64,000 bases of DNA from the NCBI RefSeq assembly GCF_006345805.1, contig NC_043021.1, positions 3,844,001 through 3,908,000 of the forward strand, read 5' to 3'. The position numbers and the translations under genes are program-made. This document shows, one piece after another, positions 12,713 through 25,645 of the stretch. The notes beneath the pieces were generated by a model that was not told where the DNA came from, ran no database searches, and saw nothing but the letters and a program-made list of their open reading frames with translations. Every line of letters starts with the position of its first letter. Position 1 is the first letter of the stretch. The stretch is from Octopus sinensis. Lineage: Eukaryota.

Positions 12713-15596
12713 TAGTCTCTTATCTATGGATGGTTGTGGTGGCATGTCTTTTGTCATAAGTTGTACTGGAGGATCAGGGCTGATCTGGGACAAAACAATC
12801 ATAACAATTCCACTGGATCAATCTTGTTGGCCTTAAAATATTTTTAAAACTGAAGAAAATGAAAACGTGATTAGTAAAACAATCCAGACACCAAATAAAA
12901 ACCAGCTGATTGATATACTGAAACAGCAGTTGTAATAAACTGAGAGAAGAATTTGGTGGGGTCAGGAGCACACCGATGTAGAATTGTGTGTGTGTGTGTG
13001 TGTGAGTGAGAGAGAGAGAGAGAGAGAGAGAGGCAAAAATTTGGAGGTTAAGGTTGGCAAAGGTGAAGGAAGGTGTTTTTGATATCTGTTCATCCCAGTT
13101 GGAGGTTATCATCTGACACAAAAAAAAAAAAAAAAAAATTGGTTTCTTTGGACCCATGGCCCCCCACACATCCTTGAAAACTTTGAGAATGGTCAACAGT
13201 TGTTTAAAGCACAGCTAAACTTCATCAAAATGACATTAATTGTCACAGTCATAATTATTGTCATCATCATCATCATCATCATCACCTTTGTAACAATATG
13301 ACTTTTTCAGAAAACAAACTCGTTAACTTATTTTTAATTACAATAATTTTCTGCAATCATTATCATGTCATTATTACTATTTTCTGTAATCATCATCATC
13401 ATTATTATTATTACTATCATCATTATTATCAACACAATAATAATTGGCATTAATAGATATATGTATACACACACACACATGTATGTGGGGGTGTATGCGT
13501 ATATGTTTATTGGGTTGTTAGATAAATTTGTTCATCTTTTGCCTTTCCAATGTTATTTTAATTAACAGGAAAGATATTTTTTATTGCAGTGTTTTGTTTA
13601 CCATTTTTGAAATTTGAATAAATTTTACATCTTCTCAGACAAAGAGCGAAAACAAATTTATCCGAGAGCCCAATATACATATATATATATATTTATTTAT
13701 ATATCAAAAATTATTTGTTAATTTTATATCTCAGTTAGTCAACATTAGAGCTGTTGGTTACGGGTGTTCCAACAGGATGGTCATTCGTTCACAGTATCCC
13801 TCATAATCAAGGTGACAAGAGGGGGTTTGTAACTTGGTGGACTTTGAAGTACACCGGTTTGGTTTTATTTGCCAATGTTAACAATCTTTGCCAGTATATG
13901 GCACAAAAATTAAACACACACATACACACACACACACACATACCTATATATCTCAAATGGGCTTCAGCACAGTTTCCATCTACCAAATTCCACTCACAAG
14001 GCAGTCAACCAAAGGCTTTAGTAGAAGATGGTTTTCCAAGATGCACCTGCAGCAGGATTGGAACTTGGAACCCTTAAGTTGCAAAGTTATCTTCTTAACC
14101 ACAAAGCCATTCTTATCTCATGATTGTTTTGTTCTGTGTCGTTTTTTTAATGTAATTTTTACATTTTTTAAAATTTAAATTTCGAAGAAAGTTGATTGGA
14201 AATAAAAAATAAGTGAACAGACTTCGTGAATTCTGAGTGCAGATCAGAAGTTATGAATGAAAGAACTCAGTCAAAGAAAAACTCCCAGGCAAAATTAGAT
14301 AACAATTATATGGATATTTGATATTATATCATTATTATAAGATATAATAATGATAATATATAATATATGATAATATATAATAATTATATATCATTATCAC
14401 ATGATTGATCAGATCATTAGATGTTGTTATACATTGCTGGTCACAATGCGCTTTGTGTTGATTTAACTTTCGAATAATACCACCCCACTGGCTAAGTGAG
14501 CAAGTATATATATATATATATATATAATATCCAGTCATAAGAGGAGATTAGACAAAAAAAAAAACAAACCCAAAAACAATTGACTTAATCCCAACAGTAT
14601 TACTGGTACTTGACTTGATCACACCTGGTGGATTTCAGACTTAGAAGACTGAAGAACAACACTTAAATACTGGAACTGCACAAAAAGCCAGGCTCTCTAC
14701 TGCTTCTGTCACAAGGCCAAATATTTGCAGAAGTAGAGGTGATTGAATCAACCCACAGTGTATTACTGGGACATTTTGTTATAGTAATTTACTCAATGAT
14801 TCCCCTGGCACGAAATGTCAAAACTAAATGCTGTGACATGTTTAGATTATTCCCACCAACTTACAGCCTTCAATTAATAATAATAATAATAATAATGATA
14901 ATAATAATAATAATAATAATGATTTATGCACAAGGCCAACAATTTTGAGGGTGAGTGTTGGTCAACACCTTTGAGGCCAGTACTTGACTGGTATTTAATC
15001 TTATTGATCCCCCAGAGCAATTAATAGGGCAGAGTTGATCTCAGTGGCATTTGAACTTAGAACATAAAGTGCCAAAACAAATATTGTAAGGCATTCTTGT
15101 CTGATAATCTATTCTTACTGCCAATCCACCACCCTCGCAGCAATAATAATAATAATAATAATGATGACGGCAACAATAGCAAACATGAAAAAATATATAA
15201 TTAGAAAAAAGTTAAAAAAGCAAGCAGGGGGCAGAGAAAAAAAGGGGGAATGAAAAATAAAAATTAAAAAAAACATTTTTACAGAGTTTTTAGAAAGAAT
15301 ATTCCTTTCTTAGATTTTGCTTTTTTTTTTGTTTTGTTTATTGTACAGCCAGTTTGGTCCAGCCAAATATTTACTTTAAAAACAATATAACAGTTTCTTT
15401 TATAATTATAATTTTTTTAACCATTTTTTTCTTTTTTATATATCTGAACAATGTTTTATGTGTTTTGTTGTTTAAACATTTAAAAATAAGCAGCAAGTGC
15501 TAAGAAAAAACAACAAAACAAAACAAAAACCCCAAAAAACAAAAACAAACCCAGTTATTCAGATGATTGACAACTGTGTCAAAAACAGTTTGATTA

Positions 15597-15633
<37 letters not shown>

Positions 15634-16472
15634 ATTTTATATCATCGTCATTGTCATCATCATCGTCTCTTCAACCTTCGGCGATTTCGTTATCGAAGAA
15701 ATTATCTGGTAGGCTTTTGGTTTCAAATTAGTAGTTTTTGCTCAGGCATCCACCATGGGGAGAAGATAAGGGGCTGGAAAATGCAACCCCTGCTTTTTTC
15801 ATTTCTTTCCTTATTCAGTTTATTCAGATAATTTTTCTGAATCGCATATCACTGCTGGATCAAACCCACCACCACATTCACACCAATTTATTTAGGAATT
15901 TGAAAGTTTATTCAAAAATCTTCATTTTTCGAATCAGTAAATAAAAAAAAAAAATCCAATTCTCAGTCTTTCTGCCTTTTTTTTTGTTTTCTTTTATAAT
16001 CTGTTTCTTTTAGCAATTCAATTCCCATCTGCGTGGGTGTGTATGTGTCCGTGAAGATGGCACTGAGCAAAAATATAAATAAATTATAAAATAAAGGACA
16101 ATCTCTTTGATGTTTTGGTCAGTTGAAGTTGAAGAAAACAAAAAAAAAAAAAAAAAACCCCAAAAGATCATATTTAAGCTGTTATACCATTGATTCAATG
16201 GCTTCATCCAGCTCCGTTTTATTTTTACACTTGTCTTGTTAGTAGTAGTAGTAGTAGTTGTTGTAATAATATGACATGGAATTTCCATGTTCTGCTTCAT
16301 TACCAAGATCAAGATATTTGGCAGGTAAACCAACTGTAATTGGTGTGTTTTTTGCCGGGTTTTGTTATGTTTTATTTCGTATTCCATTTGTTGTTATTGT
16401 TGTTTGTTTGTTTTTAATCTCTTTCTTTTTCCAGATTTGTTTCATTGTCACTTTAAGAGGAACTGTTGTGTA

Positions 16473-16667
16473 TTATCTGGTAAACTTTTTGAAAATGTTC
16501 TTCCCTTTAGAAAGGAGTCCAGCTCCCATAGAACTCATGCTATGAGCCGAAGACAGGCCTCCCTTGCGTTTGGTCTTCCGATCTTCATCAGAGTGAGGAG
16601 CAGAAGCTGGGCGGACGCCTCCATCAAGTTTACATTCAGACAGCGACTTGCTTCCCATGCCAGGAAT
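16473..16667 (-). CDS. RIMBP2: RIMBP2 terminal coding exon (IPGMGSKS...[15 protein letters not shown])
   Basis: aatttcag|ATT...TAA, 195 nt, phase 0; the basic LLSKGK..FKK C-terminus resembles RIM-BP2 C-termini. Confidence 0.88.
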   Translation of the reverse strand: MPGMGSKSLSECKLDGGVRPASAPHSDEDRKTKRKGGLSSAHSMSSMGAGLLSKGKNIFKKFTR

Positions 16668-16831
16668 CTGAAATTACAGAAACAGTCCATCAGTTTCGGA
16701 TTTAAGGTTTTTTATCGAGGTGTCTTTGTGCATATTGCCAGATAAGACCGGAGCCTGGTGCAGCCTTCTGGCTTCCCAGATCCCCGGTCGAACCGTCCAA
16801 CCCATGCTAGCATGGAGAATGGACGTTAAAC

Positions 16832-16862
<31 letters not shown>

Positions 16863-19800
16863 TATGCATGAGTGTGTGTGTAAGGGGTGCAGATAATTAA
16901 AAACAAACAAACAAAAAAACCATGAGAATTTGGAAATGCTATTTTAGTTAAGAAAACAATAAATAATATATTTCTTTATTACCCACAAGGGGCTAAACAT
17001 AGAGGGGACAAACAAGGACAGACAAAGGGATTAAGTCGATTACATCGACCCGAGTGCGAAACTGGTACTTTATTTATCGACCCCGAGAGGATGAAAGGCA
17101 AAGTCGACCCCGGCGGAATTTGAACTCAGAACACAACGACAGACGAAATACCGCTAAGCATTTCGTCCGGCGTGCTAACGTTTCTGCCAGCTCGCCGCCT
17201 TAATAGCAAATATCAAAAGTTAGTTCATCATCATCATCATCAATAGTTGTTAAAAATTAATTGTGGTTTCAAATTTTGGCACAAGCTAGCAATTTTATGT
17301 GGAGGGAGTTAGTCCAAGTCTGGTGCTAGGAAGTGTGGGGGGGCCCATTTAGAGAATGAATCAACCACTATGTAGACATAGTTGAGAGAGCAGTACTTTT
17401 TAAGAAAAAAAAAACAGTTGAATTGATGAATATATATATAAATATAAAAAGAAAACTTTTACATTGTCACAGAAAGTGTTCAAAGGAAAAGAAAGTGAAG
17501 TCATGAATTTCATAATGGCATTGGTCAAGTCAACGAAAAATATTTCAAACGGGATAATAAGTTTCCATTTGTTAGAAACTTACTATTAGCCACATCTTTT
17601 AAATAGCTGCTATCAAAACCCCTTAATCCTTTAGCATTCAGATTATTCTGTCAAATGTAAAGCTTATGTCTTCACAACATATAAAATTAATCTTGCATCA
17701 TTTCATGGCTTTGAGATTTCAATGATGTGATTGTTTATTTTTAAAATGACACAATAAGGTAGCCATGAATGATCATATCTGACTAGTTTGAACATAAAAC
17801 AGGTAGAATATTTTAGCTGGATATGGCCGGTTTAAACACTAATGGGCTAAATTTACATTAAGACACACACACACACTAATGCATGAATGTATTTACTATA
17901 ATGCATGTAGATATACCATCTTGTCTTTAATATTCTAAAAGATTTCCTTTACACTGATGAATATGAAGGTGTCTGCCCAGAGCATTGCTGAAACTCTGGA
18001 TGTGAAAGGCTAAACAATACTGGTTAACTTCTAATGGACTTCATATTTATGCTGTTAACTTGATAATGATGTCATTGGTGTGGCAATGACATCATCGATT
18101 TGGCACTGACATCATTGAGTTGGGACTGATGTGATCAACTTGGCAAGGAAGTCATTGACTTGGCAACAAAGTCATTAATTTGGTAATGACGCCATCGATT
18201 TGGTAATGATGTCATTGATTTGGTACTGACATCATTGAGTTGACACTGATGCCATCAATTTGGTAATGATGTTATCAACTTGATAATGATGTCATTGACT
18301 TGGCACAGATGTCATTGACTTAGCAATGATGTAATCACTGTGACAATGAAGTCATTGACTTGGCAATAATATCATTGGCTTAACGCTAATGTCATCAACT
18401 TGACATTGTTGTCATTAACTAGGCAATGACGTCATCAACCTGACTACGATATTATTGGCTGAAATGCAGATGTCCAATCACATCACATAATTCTGAATTT
18501 GTGTGTCCACCAAGATACGAAAATTATAAATTAATCAAGCCAGGTTACTTATACAAGAAAGTTAGTTTTCTTAAGTTGGGCCACCAACATCAACATTTCA
18601 AGAGTATTTGATAATCACAGAATGACCTGTAATGAGTATCACGAGGAATGGAAAAATGTGTGTGTGTGTGTTTGGTGGTGGTGGAGAGAGGTTCAAACAC
18701 AAGTCGTGAAAACAAATGTCAACATAAATTAGTAAAGAGTAAACAAAAACAAGTAATAAACAAAATCAACATCAACGTTATAGAAATATTAGTAAAAAGC
18801 AAATGAAGAAATAATTAGTATGGAAAGTATGTTGGAGTGTTGCAAGAAGAAATATGTTATATTTAGGCATTGCCCCATCATTAGTTTTGTTGACTGTGAG
18901 ACATTTTTTTATATATTGATACACATCAAACCACATATATACAATACTAGTATTCAGAGCTGAGTTCGACCATGACTTAATGACAACAACACTATCATCT
19001 CCATGTATACAATAACACCATCAATTAATGTCTGTTTTCCATGCTGGCATAGCTTGGCCAGTTTCACAGGGGCCGGTAAGACTGGGGTGGGTGGGTTGCA
19101 CTAGGTTCCATTGTCTCTTCTGGCATGGTTTCTATGTCTGGATGCCCTTCCTAAGGTCAACCACTCCACAGAGTGTACTGGGTGCTTTTTATGTGGCACC
19201 AGTGGTTTTTAACATGGCACCGCCACGAGTGCTTTTTATGTGGCACCAGCAATCAGTGTTTTTTATGTGAAACCAGCACTGGTATGAATTCTGAATGCAT
19301 ATATATTATATTCTTATGTTAGAGCAACAAGGACCATTTAACCCTTTCGTTACTATATTTCTGACCAAAATACACCCCTTATGTGTTTCAATTAATTTCT
19401 AACATAATCATAAATTTAGTCTGGTTTCATTAAACAACTATAACTTTTTTATTTATCAATATATTAATGTGATTTTTGGAAGATAATTTAATGAAATGTT
19501 CTCAACTATAATTTTTGTCACAAAGTGACTCTAATTGCAGGTAGATTTAAGGATGACTGATGACTTGTGTTTAAAGTGAAGAAGAGCTGTATATCGTTGA
19601 CCTCACTCTCTTGTCCATGTCTATCTTCAGTCCAGTAACAAGATCAGCTCAAGACAACTAGGGAAATGGATGCAATGCTTGACCAACATGCCTTATTTGT
19701 CTCATCCTGCTCTCTGCACTCCACAATGTGTTGCTGCAGCTGCCTTCCTTTCTGCTGAACCATGAAGGTTTCTCCGGCAGAGTCCATGAGATTAAGTTTT

Positions 19801-20229
19801 AACAGGCACAGGTAGGCAAGCCCTGATATGCTAATTAATCCATAGGTGCAGCTACTTAAAGTCAGAGTAGATCTGGGAACAATTGTAGTTCAGAGGTGAT
19901 TCCACATTCCTGAAGACGCTGGAATCCTGAAACAAGGCCCCCATAACCAGATATAGTTTAAAGTCCTACCCTGGACAAATAGCATATATACACCATACAA
20001 AAAGAAGAAGAACACACCACGTATACACATGACCAAAATATTAGATATTTCTTCTCCTCATACAACAATAATACAGCTCAAATGAGAGTACCACATGTGG
20101 TCATTTGATATTGCTAGAAATAGATATGGTGGGAAGCGAACTAGTTATATCACTGGGTGTGTAGATTATGTGGGTTTTTTTTATTTATTATCTCCTAATA
20201 TAATAATGAGTGTAGTGTTTTAATATATT

Positions 20230-20287
<58 letters not shown>

Positions 20288-23200
20288 TATTTGTCCAGAA
20301 TCATGCTGGACGTGGAGGAGGAGAGAAAACAGTAATTCAGTGAAGGAAAAGTAGTGAGAGTAATAGCTCTAACTGAGAGGAAGTTAGAGAAAATAATAGA
20401 AATGAGAGAAATGAAGGGGTGGTAGATGAATAAGGAAGGAAGGGGTGACAAAAAAAATCAGCATTTTAACTCTGTGTGAGTATGCACATGCATATGTGTG
20501 CATGTACAAAGGAAGTATGTGAATGTTTGTATGAATGATTATTATGTACCTTATTTATATATAAAATGCTACAATTTTATATTGTATGGACAAGATATCT
20601 CAAGAACTGCTGGATGGATTCAGATGAAACTTTCTGGGATGTTTGGTCTTGTGATTCGCACAAACTGATTAGATTTAGGGAATGATCTGGTACCGGACAA
20701 AGATTCTGGATTATTTTTTCTGTTTTTTTTTTAGTTAATTTTTGAGAGTGGTCAGGTTCATTTTTGGTATTTTCATTTGTGAGAGCAACTGAGTTTATTT
20801 CAGATATTCTCATTAAAAAAAAAAAAACATCTCCAGTTAATCCTTGAGAGGATGTTGTGTTGCCTTGGAGGAGGTTTGTGTCTCTCTGAGTGCTCTTGTT
20901 ATTTGTATTTTACAAATCTGAGTTAACCTCTAGCATTCAAACCAGCCACATCAGGCCCAAATATTCTACCTATTTTATGCTCAAACTGACCAGCTCAGGT
21001 CTCTCTCACTTCCTCTACAATGTTATTCTAAAAATAAACAACTGCATCATCAAAACCTTGAAGCTACAAAACAATCTACGACTGATACAAAGCAATGGGA
21101 ATAAATAAGCATTAATTTGACAGAGTAATCTAAATGTAAAGGGTTGAGGGAACTCGGCTATTTCTAGCAAATCAAGCGACCACATAAAAAGTACTCTCTC
21201 ATCATTAGTTCATTATTAATAAAGAGTATAAGTAACAAATGTTATAAATATTAGTAGGAATATAAAAGTGTTAATATAAAGAGTATGTAGCGGTCTCTGA
21301 TATCCTCACTGTTTGAGAGACACGGCAGGAATGATCTCGTTTGAGATTACAGCCATCTTTGGCTGAGTTGTTCCTGTTGTGACCACTGACCTGATTGGTT
21401 GACATGTAGTGCGATTTGTCTCTACTTATTTCGCGCCACTGGCCAAAGCCAACCAATCACGGCCTTTGGTTAAGGTCCCTTTTTCCTAGGGCCGTGATTA
21501 GTTGGTTTTGGCCAGTGGCACGAAATAAGTAGAGACAAATCGCACCACATGTCAACCAATCAGGTCAGTGGTCACAACAGGAACAACTCGGCCAAAGATG
21601 GCTGTAATCTCAAACGAGATCATTCCTGCCGTGTCTCTCAAGCAGTGAGGATATCAGAGACTGCTACAAGTATAACTAGCATGTGTTATTTTAGAAGATA
21701 GGATTTATAAGCAATTGCAGTGCGGGGTTTCAAGTTCTGTACTCTGAAGAAGGCAAAACGAAATGGTACCTCTATTCAGCTACAATTAAGGTACCTCATT
21801 TAATGAAGGGATGTTAAAGATGGCATTAATTGGAGGCAGAGGGTGGTGTTTATATAGCTATTTGTGCACATGGCACTCACTCTTGTCAAATCTGGCAAAG
21901 TTCCTTTTGAAGGTGGTCTGAATTTCAAATCTGTTGGTCTTGTGAAGGAGAGAGCTGGATAGAAGAAAGAAACAAACTAAAAGGCTAAGAACAGATGTAC
22001 AGTTGAGATATTCACTTGGCAACGAAGTGGTCACTGGTTCAAGCCCACCACACAAGCACTTTGAGTGTCTTTCATCATTGGGTTGACTAATACCTTCCAA
22101 ATGGAATTTGGTGGAAGAAAGCACACACACACACACTCTCTCTCTCTGTATATATATATATCATCATCATCATCATCATTTAACATTCGTTTTCCATGCT
22201 AGCAAGGGTTGGACGGTTCGACAGGGGTCTGGAAGCCATGGAGGCTGCACCAGGCTCTAGTCTGATTTGGCAGTGTTTCTACAGCTGGATGCCCTTCCTA
22301 ATGCCATCCACTCCGTGAGTGTAGTGGGTGTTTTTTACGTGCCACCGGCACGAGGGCCAGAGCAGGCTGGCAAATGGCCACGATTGGTTGGTGCTCTTAT
22401 GTGTCACCGACACGGACGCCAGTCAGGTGGCGCTGGCAACTGCCACGTTCGGACAGTGCTTTTTACGTGTCACCGGCATATATATAATAATGTTTGTTTT
22501 TATGTTCAGTTATAATAAAAACAATTTTACATTAACCTGATGGCTTAGTCTCTACTTCTGTAGAATACAAATTTATTAGTCTTATACAGAATACTATTGA
22601 CAGTGACTCTGACAATGGCTTAACTGGCCAAGACTTTAAAGTCACGGTCAAAAACATACTTGTTTAAGAACACACACACACATATATATAACCTGGCATT
22701 CTGTTGGTTGTGGTGATGAAGGTTCCAGTTGATCCAGTCAATGAAACAGTCTGTTTGTAAAATTAAGATGGGAGAGGCTGAGCACTCCACAGACATGCAT
22801 AGCCTTAATGTAGTTCTCACGGAGATTCAGCATGACACAGAGTGTGACAAGGCTGGCCCTCTGAAATACAGGTACTACTCATTTTTGCCAGCTGAGTGGA
22901 GACTGGAGTTATGTGAAGTAAAGTGTCTTGCTGAAGGACATGATCTGCTACTGGGAATCAAACTCACAACCTTACAATTGTGAGCTGAATATTCTAACCA
23001 CTTAGACATGCAACTTCACTACACCACACACACACACTCTCTCTCTGTATATATATATATCATCATCATCATCATCATTTAACATTCGTTTTCCATGCTA
23101 GCAAGGGTTGGACGGTTCGACAGGGGTCTGGAAGCCATGGAGGCTGCACCAGGCTCTAGTCTGATTTGGCAGTGTTTCTACAGCTGGATGCCCTTCCTAA

Positions 23201-24797
23201 TGCCATCCACTCCGTGAGTGTAGTGGGTGTTTTTTACGTGCCACCGGCACGAGGGCCAGAGCAGGCTGGCAAATGGCCACGATTGGTTGGTGCTCTTATG
23301 TGTCACCGACACGGACGCCAGTCAGGTGGCGCTGGCAACTGCCACGTTCGGACAGTGCTTTTTACGTGTCACCGGCATATATATAATAATGTTTGTTTTT
23401 ATGTTCAGTTATAATAAAAACAATTTTACATTAACCTGATGGCTTAGTCTCTACTTCTGTAGAATACAAATTTATTAGTCTTATACAGAATACTATTGAC
23501 AGTGACTCTGACAATGGCTTAACTGGCCAAGACTTTAAAGTCACGGTCAAAAACATACTTGTTAAGAACACACACACACATATATATAACCTGGCATTCT
23601 GTTGGTTGTGGTGATGAAGGTTCCAGTTGATCCAGTCAATGAAACAGTCTGTTTGTAAAATTAAGATGGGAGAGGCTGAGCACTCCACAGACATGCATAG
23701 CCTTAATGTAGTTCTCACGGAGATTCAGCATGACACAGAGTGTGACAAGGCTGGCCCTCTGAAATACAGGTACTACTCATTTTTGCCAGCTGAGTGGAGA
23801 CTGGAGTTATGTGAAGTAAAGTGTCTTGCTGAAGGACATGATCTGCTACTGGGAATCAAACTCACAACCTTACAATTGTGAGCTGAATATTCTAACCACT
23901 TAGACATGCAACTTCACTACACCACACACACACAGAGGCATAAAAGGGTAAAGACCCCTTGAGTCATGACTGACCATGGGATTACACCTGGAAAGTTCCC
24001 TTCCTAGGCACAAGTCCAGGCAAGGTTGTTTATGGAAGACCGGCAGTCGACCATGCATTCCAGCCTCCCCTCTCCATGCCATCAGTGTTATCCAAGGGAA
24101 AGGCAAAGGGGCCGATACAGCTTGGCACCTGTGACATCACAACTCATTTCTACAACTGAGTGAACTGGAGCAACGTGAAATAAAGTGTCTTGCTCAAGAA
24201 CACAATACACAGCCTGGTCCAGGAGTTGAACTCACAACCTCATGATTGTGAGCCCAACGCTCTAACTACAGGCACACACATATATATGAATATACACATG
24301 CTTCTTTAATACACACAAACATACACACACATCATCATCGTCTACAAAATCCATTGACAAGGCTCTGAACTACAGTGTGGCTGTCAGCAAGAAAGTGAAA
24401 CACCATTGATATTCTCTTATCTCTTCTCAAAGCCAGAAATAACTGTGAATCAAAGATTGGTTTAATCACAAACCTGTACTCAACGGTGTGGCATTGCTTA
24501 CAAGTGCAATATGAATGAAAAAATCAAATGAAATAAAATAAAATAAAATGAAATGAAATGAAAACATGGTTGCAAAAATAAAGAAAAAGTACAGGGATTT
24601 ATGGAGTTGGTTTTGATAAACAGTACAACACCATGGAAACAAATAAACAATTAAAATAAATATAATTGTTGTGACAAACAAAATATAAAATGAAATATAT
24701 TGAAATCCCTACAAAAGGCATGCATATGATTTGATATCTATCTACCTACATAAATGCGAGTGTGTGTATATATATGCATGTTGGTGTGTGTATGTAA

Positions 24798-24840
<43 letters not shown>

Positions 24841-25123
24841 CATATATATATGTAATCTTTTGCTTGCTTAAGTCATTTGATTGTGACCATGCTGGAGCAC
24901 TGCCTTTTAGTTGAATAAATCAACCTCAGGACTTATTCTTTGTAAGCCTAGTACTTATTCTCTCAGTTCCTTTGCTGAACACTAAGTTACAGGGACGTAA
25001 ACACACCAACATCGGTTGTTAAGCAATGGTGGGGGGACAAAAACAGACACACAAACATATACATACATATATATACATATACATAAATGTATATATATAC
25101 ATACATGTATATATATACATATT

Positions 25124-25172
<49 letters not shown>

Positions 25173-25384
25173 GAAGGGCTTCTTTTAGTTTCTGTCTACC
25201 AAATCCACTCACAAGGCTTTGGTTGGCCCAAGGTGCCATGCAGTGGGACTGAACCTGGAACCATGTGGTTGGGTTGCAAGCTTCTTACCACAGTCTGTGG
25301 ATTGCAAAAAAGCCATGACCTCGGCTATGCAGAGATCATACTTGTTATATCCACTGTAAGCTTTGAAGTGGGTGACTATGGACC

Positions 25385-25415
<31 letters not shown>

Positions 25416-25507
25416 CACACATAAATGTTTGGTGTGGGACCACACACACACATATATATATATATATATAATATATATATATAATAAATGTATATATATA
25501 TAAATAA

Positions 25508-25553
<46 letters not shown>

Positions 25554-25569
25554 TATATATATATAATAT

Positions 25570-25645
<76 letters not shown>

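Larger units (their letters stand above)
10212..16472 (-). other. Probable long 3'UTR / downstream region of RIMBP2 (end uncertain)
   Basis: Follows the stop codon. AATAAA on the minus strand at 10232-10237 lies about 20 nt before a genomic A-run, but nearer AATAAA hexamers also exist. Confidence 0.35.

Noticed and set aside
16276-16745. Plus-strand ORFs overlapping the last exon (also 25965-26219, 33240-33479, 63364-63609)
   Set aside because: Antisense shadows of real RIMBP2 exons.
18061-18460. CRISPR array or coding repeat
   Set aside because: No unique spacers, eukaryotic context, and a 20-nt period is not a codon multiple; stops occur in the frames examined.
18549-18626. 78-nt AG...GT-bounded candidate RIMBP2 exon
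   Set aside because: Stops in all three frames on the minus strand.
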